Source: Cenarchaeum sp.
GTDB lineage: Archaea > Thermoproteota > Nitrososphaeria > Nitrososphaerales > Nitrosopumilaceae
Assembly: GCA_965242695.1 (NCBI GenBank)
Contig: CBDESU010000002.1
Coordinates: forward strand, 1,120,001 to 1,184,000
DNA: 64,000 bases
Direction: 5' to 3'
Shown here: piece after piece, positions 29,258-38,148 of the stretch
Layout: every line of letters starts with the position of its first letter
How positions within the stretch are numbered: the first letter of the stretch is position 1
Translations under genes and position numbers: made by a program
Notes under the pieces: model-generated
What the model was told of the DNA's origin: nothing
Seen by the model: only the letters and a program-made list of their open reading frames with translations
Database searches by the model: none

Positions 29258-31546
29258 GTGAAGGTATCCGGCCTCGAGCTGCCCGCGGCGGCCCTGCGCC
29301 TCCTTGCGGCCGGCGGCTACGAGGAGCTGTACCCGCCGCAGGCGGCCGCCGTCAAGGCGGGCCTGCTCGGCGGCAGGAGCGTCCTGGTCTCGGCGCCGAC
29401 GGCGAGCGGCAAGACGCTCGTCGCCACGCTGTCGATGATGGCGCACCTGTCGGCCAGGCGGCGCGGCAGGATCGTGTACCTCAGCCCCCTCAGGGCACTT
29501 GCGTCCGAAAAGTTCGCCGAGTTCAAAAAGATCGGTGGGGCGCCGCTGGGGCGGAAGAGGGCCCGCGTTCGGATATCGACCGGCGAGGCCGGCTCGGGCG
29601 CGCGTCTTGCCGACGCCGACATTGCGGTAATGACGAACGAGCGCATGGACGCCCTCATGCGGCAGGACCCAGAGTGGGCCTCGGGAGTCGGGCTGCTTGT
29701 AGTCGACGAGATACACCTCATCGGCGATCCCGTCCGCGGCCCCGCCTTGGAGATGGTGCTCGCCCGCATGCGCGCCGGGCCGGCAAAGCCGCAGATCGTC
29801 GGCCTGAGCGCGACCATGACAAACGCAGCCGAGGTTGCAAGGTGGCTCGGGGCAAGGCTCGTCGACAGCGACTGGAGGCCAGTCGGCCTAAGGGAGGGCG
29901 TCCACCACCGCACGTCGATTACAATGAGCGACGGCGAGACCCGCCCCCTGCGCCCGTCCAGCCTGGGCGCGGCCGTCGACATCGGCATCGAGGCGGTCGC
30001 CGGCGGCGGGCAGTCGCTGCTGTTCGCCGAGAGCAGGGCCCGCTCGGTGTCGCTTGCCGAAAAGGCCGCGCCGGCCGTCTCCAGGCTGCTCGGCAGGGGC
30101 GATGCGGCGGCGCTGGCGGGGTTCGCCGACCGCATACTCGCGTCCGGCGGGGGCACAAGGCTGGCCGGGAAGCTTGCCGGGCTGGTGCGCAAGGGCGCCG
30201 CGTTCCACCACGCGGGGCTCGCGCAGGCTGCGCGCTTCGAGGTCGAGGCGGCGTTCCGCGCCAGGCGCGTAAGGCTGCTCGCATCGACGCCGACGCTCGC
30301 CGCCGGCGTCAACCTGCCGGCGCGCCGCGTCGTCGTGTCGAGCATACTCCGGTACGACCCGTCGCTCGGCTACAAGACGCGGATCAGCGTGCTAGAGTAC
30401 AAGCAGCTGTGCGGCAGGGCCGGCCGGCCGCAGTACGACGAGTACGGCGAGGCCATCGTGGTCTCGCCAAAGTCGTACCCAAAGGACAAGGTCATGCGCC
30501 TCTACGTGCGGGGCCGGCCGCAGCCGGTCAAGTCCCAGATTATGGGCCAAAAGGCGGCCCGCGCGCATGCGCTCAGCCTCGTGGTGTCCAGGCCGGGCAT
30601 CACGGCGGCCGGCGTCACGGCGTTCTTTTCGCGCACGCTCGCCGGCCGGCAGACCGCGAAAAAGACCGTCCGCGCAGGGGTGGCCGCCGCGCTCGGCTCC
30701 CTGGTCGGCTTCGGGATGGTGTCTAGGGAGGGCGCAGGGCTGTCGCCGACGCGGCTCGGCCAGGCCGCATCGCACCTGTACCTGGATCCCGCCACGGCCG
30801 CGTCGTTTCGCGACGCGATCGAGGGGGCCGCGGAGGGCGACGCGATCGACGGCGACGACGATGGCGACGAGGAGCCTCGGCCCGCGCGCCGCGGCCGCCC
30901 GTTGTCGTCCCCGTCGTCGAGCAGGCCCTTGCCGGAGCCTCGGCCCGCGCGCCGAGCCCGCCGCAAGGCCAACGCCGGCCACACCCTGGGGCTGCTCTAC
31001 GCGATAACGACCTGCAGCGAGTTCTTTCCAAAGATGTACATGCGGTACAGCGACGACGACGCAATGTGGGGCCTGCTTCGCGCCAGAGAGGACGAGATGA
31101 TCGGCTCTTCCTCCCACTCGGACCTCAACCGCAGCCTGCTCGCGCTCGACAGCTGGATCGGCGAGGCCTCAGAGGCGGAGATTGCTAGAAGGCTAGAGGT
31201 CGAGGCCGGCGACCTGCACCGCATCGTCGAGTCCGCCGAGTGGCTGGCGCGATGCATGGGGCAGCTTGCCAGGGACCTCGGCCAGCCCGGACTGGCCCGG
31301 GAGATTGGCGCACTGCGCACGCGCATCAGGTACGGCGTGAAGGAAGAGCTGCTCGGGCTCGTGTCGGTCAGGGACGTCGGCCGCGTGCGCGCAAGGCGCC
31401 TGCACAGGGCGGGCATTGCCGACAAGGCGGGGCTCTCGTCGGCCTCTACGCGGAGGATCGCCGCCGTCGACGGGATAGGCCCCGCGCTGGCGGCCAAGAT
31501 AAAGTCGCGGGCGTCCGGCGGCAGCGGCGGCCCCCGCGGCAGGTAG
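29258..31546 (+). CDS. hel308: Hel308/Ski2-like SF2 helicase, copy 2
   Basis: Same motif set intact (APTASGKT, DEIH, FHHAGL, QLCGRAGRP, GRVRAR). Confidence 0.9.
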   Translation: MKVSGLELPAAALRLLAAGGYEELYPPQAAAVKAGLLGGRSVLVSAPTASGKTLVATLSMMAHLSARRRGRIVYLSPLRALASEKFAEFKKIGGAPLGRKRARVRISTGEAGSGARLADADIAVMTNERMDALMRQDPEWASGVGLLVVDEIHLIGDPVRGPALEMVLARMRAGPAKPQIVGLSATMTNAAEVARWLGARLVDSDWRPVGLREGVHHRTSITMSDGETRPLRPSSLGAAVDIGIEAVAGGGQSLLFAESRARSVSLAEKAAPAVSRLLGRGDAAALAGFADRILASGGGTRLAGKLAGLVRKGAAFHHAGLAQAARFEVEAAFRARRVRLLASTPTLAAGVNLPARRVVVSSILRYDPSLGYKTRISVLEYKQLCGRAGRPQYDEYGEAIVVSPKSYPKDKVMRLYVRGRPQPVKSQIMGQKAARAHALSLVVSRPGITAAGVTAFFSRTLAGRQTAKKTVRAGVAAALGSLVGFGMVSREGAGLSPTRLGQAASHLYLDPATAASFRDAIEGAAEGDAIDGDDDGDEEPRPARRGRPLSSPSSSRPLPEPRPARRARRKANAGHTLGLLYAITTCSEFFPKMYMRYSDDDAMWGLLRAREDEMIGSSSHSDLNRSLLALDSWIGEASEAEIARRLEVEAGDLHRIVESAEWLARCMGQLARDLGQPGLAREIGALRTRIRYGVKEELLGLVSVRDVGRVRARRLHRAGIADKAGLSSASTRRIAAVDGIGPALAAKIKSRASGGSGGPRGR

Positions 31547-31681
31547 CGGCCCGCCCGCCGCCGCCATGGGTGCCGCGTTGTCCTTCGGCAAGGGCGCCCC
31601 CTCGGGCCTGGGCGCAACGTACGGCCGGAAACATGGGATGCGGATGCGGCTCGATGCCGGCGGCGCTGCCGGCGCGATGCC

Positions 31682-32927
31682 CTGCGGGGGCGGCTCTTCC
31701 TGAGGCCCGCGCAGCGCCTGCGGCGGCGCGCCGACTACACCCAGCGGTCCAACGCCGCGGCGGGACGCCACGGCTGGCTGCGCCTGACGCCGTCGTACTC
31801 GCTCAAGATCGTCGACGAGATACTTTCCGGCTACCCGGCCGACAGGCGCGTGCTCGACCCGTTCTGCGGCTCGGGAACTACCGCCCTGGCCGCGGTGCAG
31901 CGCGGCCACGACGCGACGACCATCGACATCAACCCGCTTCTGGCGTGGCTGGCGCGCGCCAAGACGGCGCGCTACGCCGCAGGCGTGCTAGGCGAGGCGG
32001 CCAGGGAGGACCGCCGCGCGGCGCGGGCCGCCCGCCTGGGAGGGCCGCCAGAGGCCGCCGACCCGCCGATGCGCAACATCGGGCGGTGGTGGCCCGACAG
32101 GGCGCGGCTCTTCCTGCGGCGCCTAAAGCCGGCCATACGGGACACGCCGGTGGGGTCGGCGCGGGCGGCCGACCTGCTCAGCGTCGCCTTTTGCAGGACG
32201 CTCATCGGGCTGTCGAGCAAGCGTTGGCCACCAGTCCATGTCGTTCAAAGGCGGCAACGAGTCCCCGACCCTGCCCGCCATGGAAAGGGCGTTCCTGGGG
32301 GACCTCGACGCGGTCATAGGAAGCTCTGGGGAGGACATTCCTGGAAGCGCGCGCGTCATCTGCGGCGACTCGCGGGACATGGGGCCGTGCGCATCGCCGG
32401 GGTTTGACGTGGTGGTCACGTCCCCGCCGCACGCCAACCGCATGTCGTACATACGCGAGATGCGGCCGTACATGTACTGGCTCGACTACCTGACGGACGG
32501 CCGCGACGCGGGCGAGCTGGACTGGGATGCGATAGGGGGGACGTGGGGGGTTGCCACCATCAGGCTCTCGCAGTGGCGGCCTGCGGCGCGGGTCTGGCTG
32601 CCGCGCGACCTGCTGCGCGCAATCGAGTCGGTGCGGGGCGCCAACGGAAAGAGCGGCGCGGTCCTTGCCGCGTACATAGAGAGGTACTTTGGCGACGTCT
32701 CAACGCACCTTGCCAGCCTGCGTGGGGCGCTGAAGCGCAACGCGAGCGTGCACTACATCGTGGGCAACTCTAGCTTTTACGGGACGCTCGTAGCGACGGA
32801 GCGGGCGTACGCGCCGTTGATGAGGCGGCACGGCTTTGAGGGCGTGAGCGTGCGGCCCATACGCAGGCGAAACTCGAAGAAGGAACTCGTCGAGTTCGAG
32901 GTGTCGGCCGGGTGGAGGCGGCCCTGA
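31682..32927 (+). pseudogene. Frameshifted amino-DNA methyltransferase (N4-C/N6-A)
   Basis: RHGWLRLTPSYS...VLDPFCGSGTT...IDINP in one frame; ICGDSR...VVTSPPH...IVGNS in another; shift near 32218; no in-frame start for the 5' part. Confidence 0.8.
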
Positions 32928-32973
32928 TGCCACCGCCGGCTCTTGCCGCCCCGTCCCCCCGCGCGCGGCCCGC

Positions 32974-33954
32974 CTACGGGTACACGGCCGTCAGCCAGTG
33001 GGTGTAGGCCGGATCGCCGCCGGTCGCGATCCTCTCGTACCTCCTCATGATCCGCCGCGTGACGGGGCCGGCCCGGCCGGAGCCGACGGTCCTGCCGTCG
33101 ACCGCCGTGACGGGGGTTATCTCGGCGGCCGTGCCCGTAAGGAACACCTCGTCGGCGGCAAGCAGCTGCCTGCGCGAGACGGCGCGCTCCGAGGCGCCTA
33201 TGCCCATGCCGGCGGCGAACTCTAGGACGGACGCGCGCGTGATCCCCATCAGCGCCGACGACGAGGCCGGCGGCGTGGCCAGCCTGCCGTTCCTCACGAC
33301 GAATACGTTTTCGCCCGGCGCCTCGCTCACGCCGCCGTCCATGCCTAGCATGATCGCCTCGTCGTGCGACGCCTCCCTTGCCTGCTGCGTAGCAAGTATG
33401 GCGTTGAGGTAGTTGCCGCCCATCTTTGCCTGCGTCGGCGTCGAGGCGTCCGAGAACTTGCGGCATTCAACGATGCCGGCCGATATGCCGCGCTTGTCGA
33501 ACAGGTCGCCGACCGGCAGGAGCATGGCGGCTACCCGCACGGGAGCCGCCTCGGTCACGTGGAGGTTTATCCCGTGGTCGCCGACAAAGTAGAACGGCCT
33601 GATGTAGCACGACTCGCGCGCCCCGTTGCGGCGGCACAGGCCGGTGATGGCCGCCTCGATCTCCTCGTCCGCATAGGGAAGGGACATGCGGTAGTAGGCG
33701 CCGGACCTGCGCAGCCGCCTCACGTGGTCGCCGAGCCTGAATACGTACAGCTGCCTGCCGCTCCAGTACGCCCGCACCCCCTCGAAGACGGACGTGCCGT
33801 AGTGGAGGGCATGCGTCGTTATGGGCACCGCCGCGCTGCGGCGCGAGACGAACCTCCCGTCGAGCCACACGTAGGGGTACGGGGCCCTTTCGGGACCCTT
33901 GGATGCGGCCGCCGCCCTCTTGGCCCGCCTCGCACTCCTTCGTACTGCCGCCAT
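32974..33954 (-). CDS. ilvE: Branched-chain amino acid aminotransferase
   Basis: ALHYGTSVFEGVR, YIRP, AKMGGNY, EAPGEN, GITR, FLTGTAAEITP. Confidence 0.93.
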   Translation of the reverse strand: MAAVRRSARRAKRAAAASKGPERAPYPYVWLDGRFVSRRSAAVPITTHALHYGTSVFEGVRAYWSGRQLYVFRLGDHVRRLRRSGAYYRMSLPYADEEIEAAITGLCRRNGARESCYIRPFYFVGDHGINLHVTEAAPVRVAAMLLPVGDLFDKRGISAGIVECRKFSDASTPTQAKMGGNYLNAILATQQAREASHDEAIMLGMDGGVSEAPGENVFVVRNGRLATPPASSSALMGITRASVLEFAAGMGIGASERAVSRRQLLAADEVFLTGTAAEITPVTAVDGRTVGSGRAGPVTRRIMRRYERIATGGDPAYTHWLTAVYP

Positions 33955-34029
33955 GCCGCCCCTCCCATGCCAGGCCGTAATAACCTAGCGAGCCGCGCCC
34001 CTTGATGCGGGGCCGCCTCCACCGCCGTC

Positions 34030-34659
34030 CTACCTGTACCCCTCCCTTGGAAACTTCATGCCGGCTACCTTTACGGTCGCATCCTCGGCGCCTGCGAACC
34101 TGCGCACGGTCTCCCAGTTGTCGTCGATGACGGATGCCACCTCGGGCGGGACGTCGTCGCGCCACGGCCTGCCCTCGTCCTGCCCGCCGACTTCTGCACC
34201 GCCCGCCACGGCCGCCCCGTACATGCGCTCCTTGACGGACGACGCAGACAGGGCTCTTCTCGAGCCGACGCGCGGCCTGAGCCGGTACATGCGCAGCATG
34301 TACCCCTCGGCCCTGTCGCCCGTGTACGTAAAGTAGTCGCCGTCGACGCCCTCTAGTATGCTGCGCCTCAGCCGCCAGGACCTAGGCGAGAGCAGGGGCG
34401 GGAGGTACCTCGAGAAGGGGGCGTCGAACCTGTACCGGTCGGACACGGCGATCTCTTCGCCAAAGACGGCCTCTAGCATGGCGCGCCGCGCGGCGTACCC
34501 GAACGGAAAGCTGCGGCTGTTGATCTCGGCGCCGTCCCGGCCGGCGAACACGACGGGCAGGACGTGCACGGCGTCGGCCGACGATACGAGCTCCCGTATG
34601 ATCTCGACGTGCGCGTTGGTGACGGGGTTGAGGTGCGCAAGGTACAGGGCGGTGGACAT
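34030..34659 (-). CDS. HxxH-type nucleotidyltransferase (cytidylyltransferase-like)
   Basis: YLAHLNPVTNAH, SASSVK, DVPPEV. Confidence 0.75.
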   Translation of the reverse strand: MSTALYLAHLNPVTNAHVEIIRELVSSADAVHVLPVVFAGRDGAEINSRSFPFGYAARRAMLEAVFGEEIAVSDRYRFDAPFSRYLPPLLSPRSWRLRRSILEGVDGDYFTYTGDRAEGYMLRMYRLRPRVGSRRALSASSVKERMYGAAVAGGAEVGGQDEGRPWRDDVPPEVASVIDDNWETVRRFAGAEDATVKVAGMKFPREGYR

Positions 34660-34785
34660 GGCAAGCCAATTCGTACGCGCTATTTAACAGGGAGGCGGCG
34701 GGCGCAGGGCCGCATGTGACGCAAAGCGGTAGCGCGGGCGCGGCCGGCGCGGGGCGGTTATATCGCCCCGCCCCGGCCGCACCAC

Positions 34786-35298
34786 GTGCGCGAGAATGCG
34801 GATCGAAGCGGCGCCGGCGGATGGGGCGGGGACGCCGAGGATGCCCGCGCCGAGTTCCTGCGGCAGGTCGCCACCTTGGAGGGCGACTCCGACATGTTCC
34901 GGGCCATGACATCGCTGGACGTCGACGAGGCGCACGACCTCTATCGGGAGGCCGCATCGGCGGCCGAGGCGCAGGCCGACCGGGAGAGGAAGAGGCGCCG
35001 CGGCGGCCGCGGCGGGGGCAAGAGGGGCACCGCCCGCAGGTTCCCGCCGTACGAGGTGTTCCTTATGGCCCTGGTACTGGTGAGAAAGCCCGACGACGAC
35101 TTTGTGGACTTTGTCTTTAGGATGCCGCCGGGCACGGCGCGCGCGGCGCTAGATGCGGTGCTGCCGTCGCTGTTCGGGCTGCGCAACATGCCGAGGAGGT
35201 TTGCGCGCCACCTCGTCCCTTTCGGCTACAGCATGCCGGCAAACCCGAAGAGGGGAAAGGGGAGCGGGAACATACTCGACTACATGGGGGGCGAGTGA
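34786..35298 (+). CDS. Transposase-family HTH (HTH_Tnp_4-like) protein lacking a DDE domain
   Basis: FRAMTSLD...basic RRRGGRGG...YEVFLMALVLVRK...VDFVFRMPPGTARAALDAVLPSL resembles IS5/ISL2-type transposase N-termini. Confidence 0.55.
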   Translation: MRENADRSGAGGWGGDAEDARAEFLRQVATLEGDSDMFRAMTSLDVDEAHDLYREAASAAEAQADRERKRRRGGRGGGKRGTARRFPPYEVFLMALVLVRKPDDDFVDFVFRMPPGTARAALDAVLPSLFGLRNMPRRFARHLVPFGYSMPANPKRGKGSGNILDYMGGE

Positions 35299-35492
35299 CC
35301 GGAGCCCTGGCCGCCGCCGCAGGACCGCGGGCCCCTTGGATTTGTCCTTCGTCGGGACCGGCTGCGATCCGGCGGTCCAGGTACGGCGCAGCCTGCGCGA
35401 TGCACCTCGGATCGCATGCCTGTCCCGTGCACAGGATGTGGCCTGGCCCGCGCCGCCCGCTGGCTGCGGCATGCGCGATCCGCCGCCCGCCG

Positions 35493-37010
35493 CTACCCGA
35501 CAATCTTGTCGGCCCTTATGTTTTCCTCATGAAGCGCCTCGTTGACCCTCATGAATTCTTCCTGCGATATGCCCTCGCGGGGCGAGTGGTCTATGGGCCT
35601 GACCGCCGTACCGCCCCTGCCTGGCTCGAAGAGGTAGGGCGCCATGTCGCCCGCCTCGAGGTAGATCCCCCTGTCGATGCCTACTCTCGATCGCTGCGCG
35701 GCGGTCATCCTCCCGGCCCTCAGGTACGAGCTGAACCGCTCCATGATGTAGACGCTGTGGGTCGTGACGATCACGTTGAGCCCCTCCCTTACGAGCCTCA
35801 CGATGCACCTTGCTAGCGCCACCTGGCCTTCCGGGTGCATGTGAGACTCGGGCTCCTCGATGACGAGCAGGTCGCCCTTCCTTGCTGCGTGCCTCAGCAG
35901 CAACACAAGGGGGGCTAGATACGACACGGCCGACGAGGCCTGGTGTATGGGCATCTCGCGCCCCTCCTTGTAGTAGACGTCCGGTGCGGGCCCGCCGGCC
36001 GAACGACGAAGCACCACCCTTCCTTGCAGCGCATCGCGCTCGAGCTTTCCTGCAATCCCGGAAAACTGCCCCCTCCTGCCTCCCTCCAGCGTTGCGGCAA
36101 GAAACTCGTGGTCGACGGCCCTCGTGTCGGGGCCAGCTTGCGGGACCTCGTGCGCGCCGCTGTGCGCAGAGGCCTGCACGGCCATGCGCGCCCCCATGAT
36201 GGAGGCGCGCGCCGCGGGCAGGTAGATCGCCGCGGCGGGAACGGCTTGGTTCTGGCTGGCGAGCGCCGCTGCTAGGACTCGCGACAGCAGCCTGTCGTAC
36301 GCAGAGTGCGCATCGGGCGCGGCGCCCGCATCGGCAGGGAAGGTGCAGGCCAGCACGCCTTCGCCCTTGGCCCTGGCCACTATGCCGTCGGCCGCCTCGG
36401 CCGCCAGCGCCTCCCGGGCCCCTGCCTCGTTCATGGGGCGCCCTAGCGGGGCGGGGCGCCCTCTCGCGCTGCGCGGTATCGAGATTTCCACAATTCCTGG
36501 AATCTCGATGGCTGCGCGGGCCCTTCCGAACCGCACCAGCAGGGAGGGGTCGACGCCGAAGTTTTTTCCGATTTGTCCCGAGAACGTGACCGCAATCGCC
36601 TCGCCTGCATCCCTTGACAGCGCGCCGAGGGCCCCCTTCGTCACCAAAAACTTGTTTGCCCGGCCGCCCGCCTTGAGCGGCGGCCGCGCCTGCCCAGGGC
36701 GACCGCGCCTGGCGCCCGCGCGGGCGCTCCGGCTGGATGCGGCAAGCGCGCCGCGCGGCCCGCCTCCTAGGAGCGAGACGGCCGAGTGCGCCAACAGGGC
36801 CGCGTACGACTTGCCCGAGTTGTTGAGCCCTATGAAGACGGTAAGGGGGCGAAGCCGCATGCGCGCAACTCTGATCGGCCCAAAATCGCGTATCCGAAGC
36901 TCCAGATCGAGCCTCGCGGGGGCCGCCGATCTGCCCGGCATCTCGGGCCTTCTATCGGGCCCCGATGCCCCGGCTTCCGGCTCGATCCTGCCTGGCCGCC
37001 GCCGGTTCAC
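35493..37010 (-). CDS. ABC-type ATPase (AAA_15/AbiEii/OLD-like)
   Basis: IRDFGPI, FIGLNNSGKS, YLPAAR, ASSAV, IEEPESHMHPEGQ, VTTHS. Confidence 0.85.
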   Translation of the reverse strand: MNRRRPGRIEPEAGASGPDRRPEMPGRSAAPARLDLELRIRDFGPIRVARMRLRPLTVFIGLNNSGKSYAALLAHSAVSLLGGGPRGALAASSRSARAGARRGRPGQARPPLKAGGRANKFLVTKGALGALSRDAGEAIAVTFSGQIGKNFGVDPSLLVRFGRARAAIEIPGIVEISIPRSARGRPAPLGRPMNEAGAREALAAEAADGIVARAKGEGVLACTFPADAGAAPDAHSAYDRLLSRVLAAALASQNQAVPAAAIYLPAARASIMGARMAVQASAHSGAHEVPQAGPDTRAVDHEFLAATLEGGRRGQFSGIAGKLERDALQGRVVLRRSAGGPAPDVYYKEGREMPIHQASSAVSYLAPLVLLLRHAARKGDLLVIEEPESHMHPEGQVALARCIVRLVREGLNVIVTTHSVYIMERFSSYLRAGRMTAAQRSRVGIDRGIYLEAGDMAPYLFEPGRGGTAVRPIDHSPREGISQEEFMRVNEALHEENIRADKIVG

Positions 37011-37133
37011 GGGCCGGGCTTCGGCCGCGGTCTAATCAAGGTTGGCCCCGCGGCGGAGGCGGGCGAGAATTCGCGGCCGCCTGCGGCGCGATGGCGGGTC
37101 GGGTGCACCCCTCCGCCTGCGCCGCGCAAATAG

Positions 37134-37210
37134 TGGTGGGGACGATGGGATTTGAACCCACGACCTCCAGCACCCGAAGCTGGCAGTATACCAAGCTAAC
37201 CTACGTCCCC
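37134..37210 (-). tRNA. tRNA-Pro(CGG), CCA encoded
   Basis: GGGGACG acceptor; CCAGC-TTCGGGT-GCTGG; GGTTCAAATCC. Confidence 0.93.
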
Positions 37211-37260
37211 GGCCGCCGCCCCGCCGCACGTGTTTTATCTCTTTGCGATCGCTGCGCCGT

Positions 37261-38103
37261 CTAGCCGTACGACTCGTCCTTTACCTCGAACGATCCGTCC
37301 GGCCGCTTGTCGCGCTCCGTGACGAACCCCTTGGGCTTGAGAAAGTCCATCACGCCGTCGATCGTGCCCTGCCAGCCGCAGACGTAGAATATCGTATTCT
37401 CCCTTGTGATCCTCTCGCCTACGAGCTTTTCAAGCGGCGACATGTCGTCCTCCTTTGGGCGCAGGAACGTCTCGACCCTGCCCGTCTGCCCGCCCCACGA
37501 GCGGTTGAACCACTCTTGCGGCCTGCTGATGGTGGCCCTGTACCGGAAGTTCCACTCGTCCCTGCCCTTGTCGATGCTCTCGTACTCTAGCCTCGTGAAC
37601 AGGCTCTTGTAGGCAAGCTCGTCGACGTAGCTGGCGCCGTGGAGGACGACGATCTCCCTCTTGTCGCCTGCCGCATGCAGCTGCTGCGCAATGCTCACGA
37701 ACGGGGCTATCCCCGTCCCGCCACCCATGCAGACTATGCGGCGAGTGTCGGGGCTGCCGTCGGGCATAGTCTCGTTCACGAGCAGGGCCCTGCCCGTCGG
37801 CTTTAGCCAGCCTATCTCGTCGCCCTCCTTGACGTTGAAGAGCTCCGTCGTGAGGCGGCCGGGCACCGGCTTACGGACCCACCGTATGAACAGCTCGACG
37901 TACCGCTTGTTCCCCGGGTGCGAGGCTATCGAGTAGGCCCGCCTGACGACCTTGCCGTCCTCGCTCTTGACGGGCAGCCCGATCGTGATGAACTGGCCTG
38001 CCTTGTAGTCGGGGACGCCCTCTTCGGGGACGACCCTCATGACCATCAGGTCCTCCTTGAGGAGCTGGACGTACGTCACCCTGGCCCTCTTGTCCTCGAC
38101 CAT
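37261..38103 (-). CDS. Ferredoxin--NADP(+) reductase, copy 1
   Basis: YKAGQF, RRAYSIAS, GGGTGIAPF, YVCG, C-terminal ESYG. Confidence 0.9.
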   Translation of the reverse strand: MVEDKRARVTYVQLLKEDLMVMRVVPEEGVPDYKAGQFITIGLPVKSEDGKVVRRAYSIASHPGNKRYVELFIRWVRKPVPGRLTTELFNVKEGDEIGWLKPTGRALLVNETMPDGSPDTRRIVCMGGGTGIAPFVSIAQQLHAAGDKREIVVLHGASYVDELAYKSLFTRLEYESIDKGRDEWNFRYRATISRPQEWFNRSWGGQTGRVETFLRPKEDDMSPLEKLVGERITRENTIFYVCGWQGTIDGVMDFLKPKGFVTERDKRPDGSFEVKDESYG

Positions 38104-38148
38104 TGCGCGCCTTTCCGGGCCGCCCTTAAATGCATTGTGGTCGCCATA

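Noticed and set aside
34786-35298. Active insertion sequence
   Set aside because: No DDE catalytic domain, terminal inverted repeats or target duplication found.
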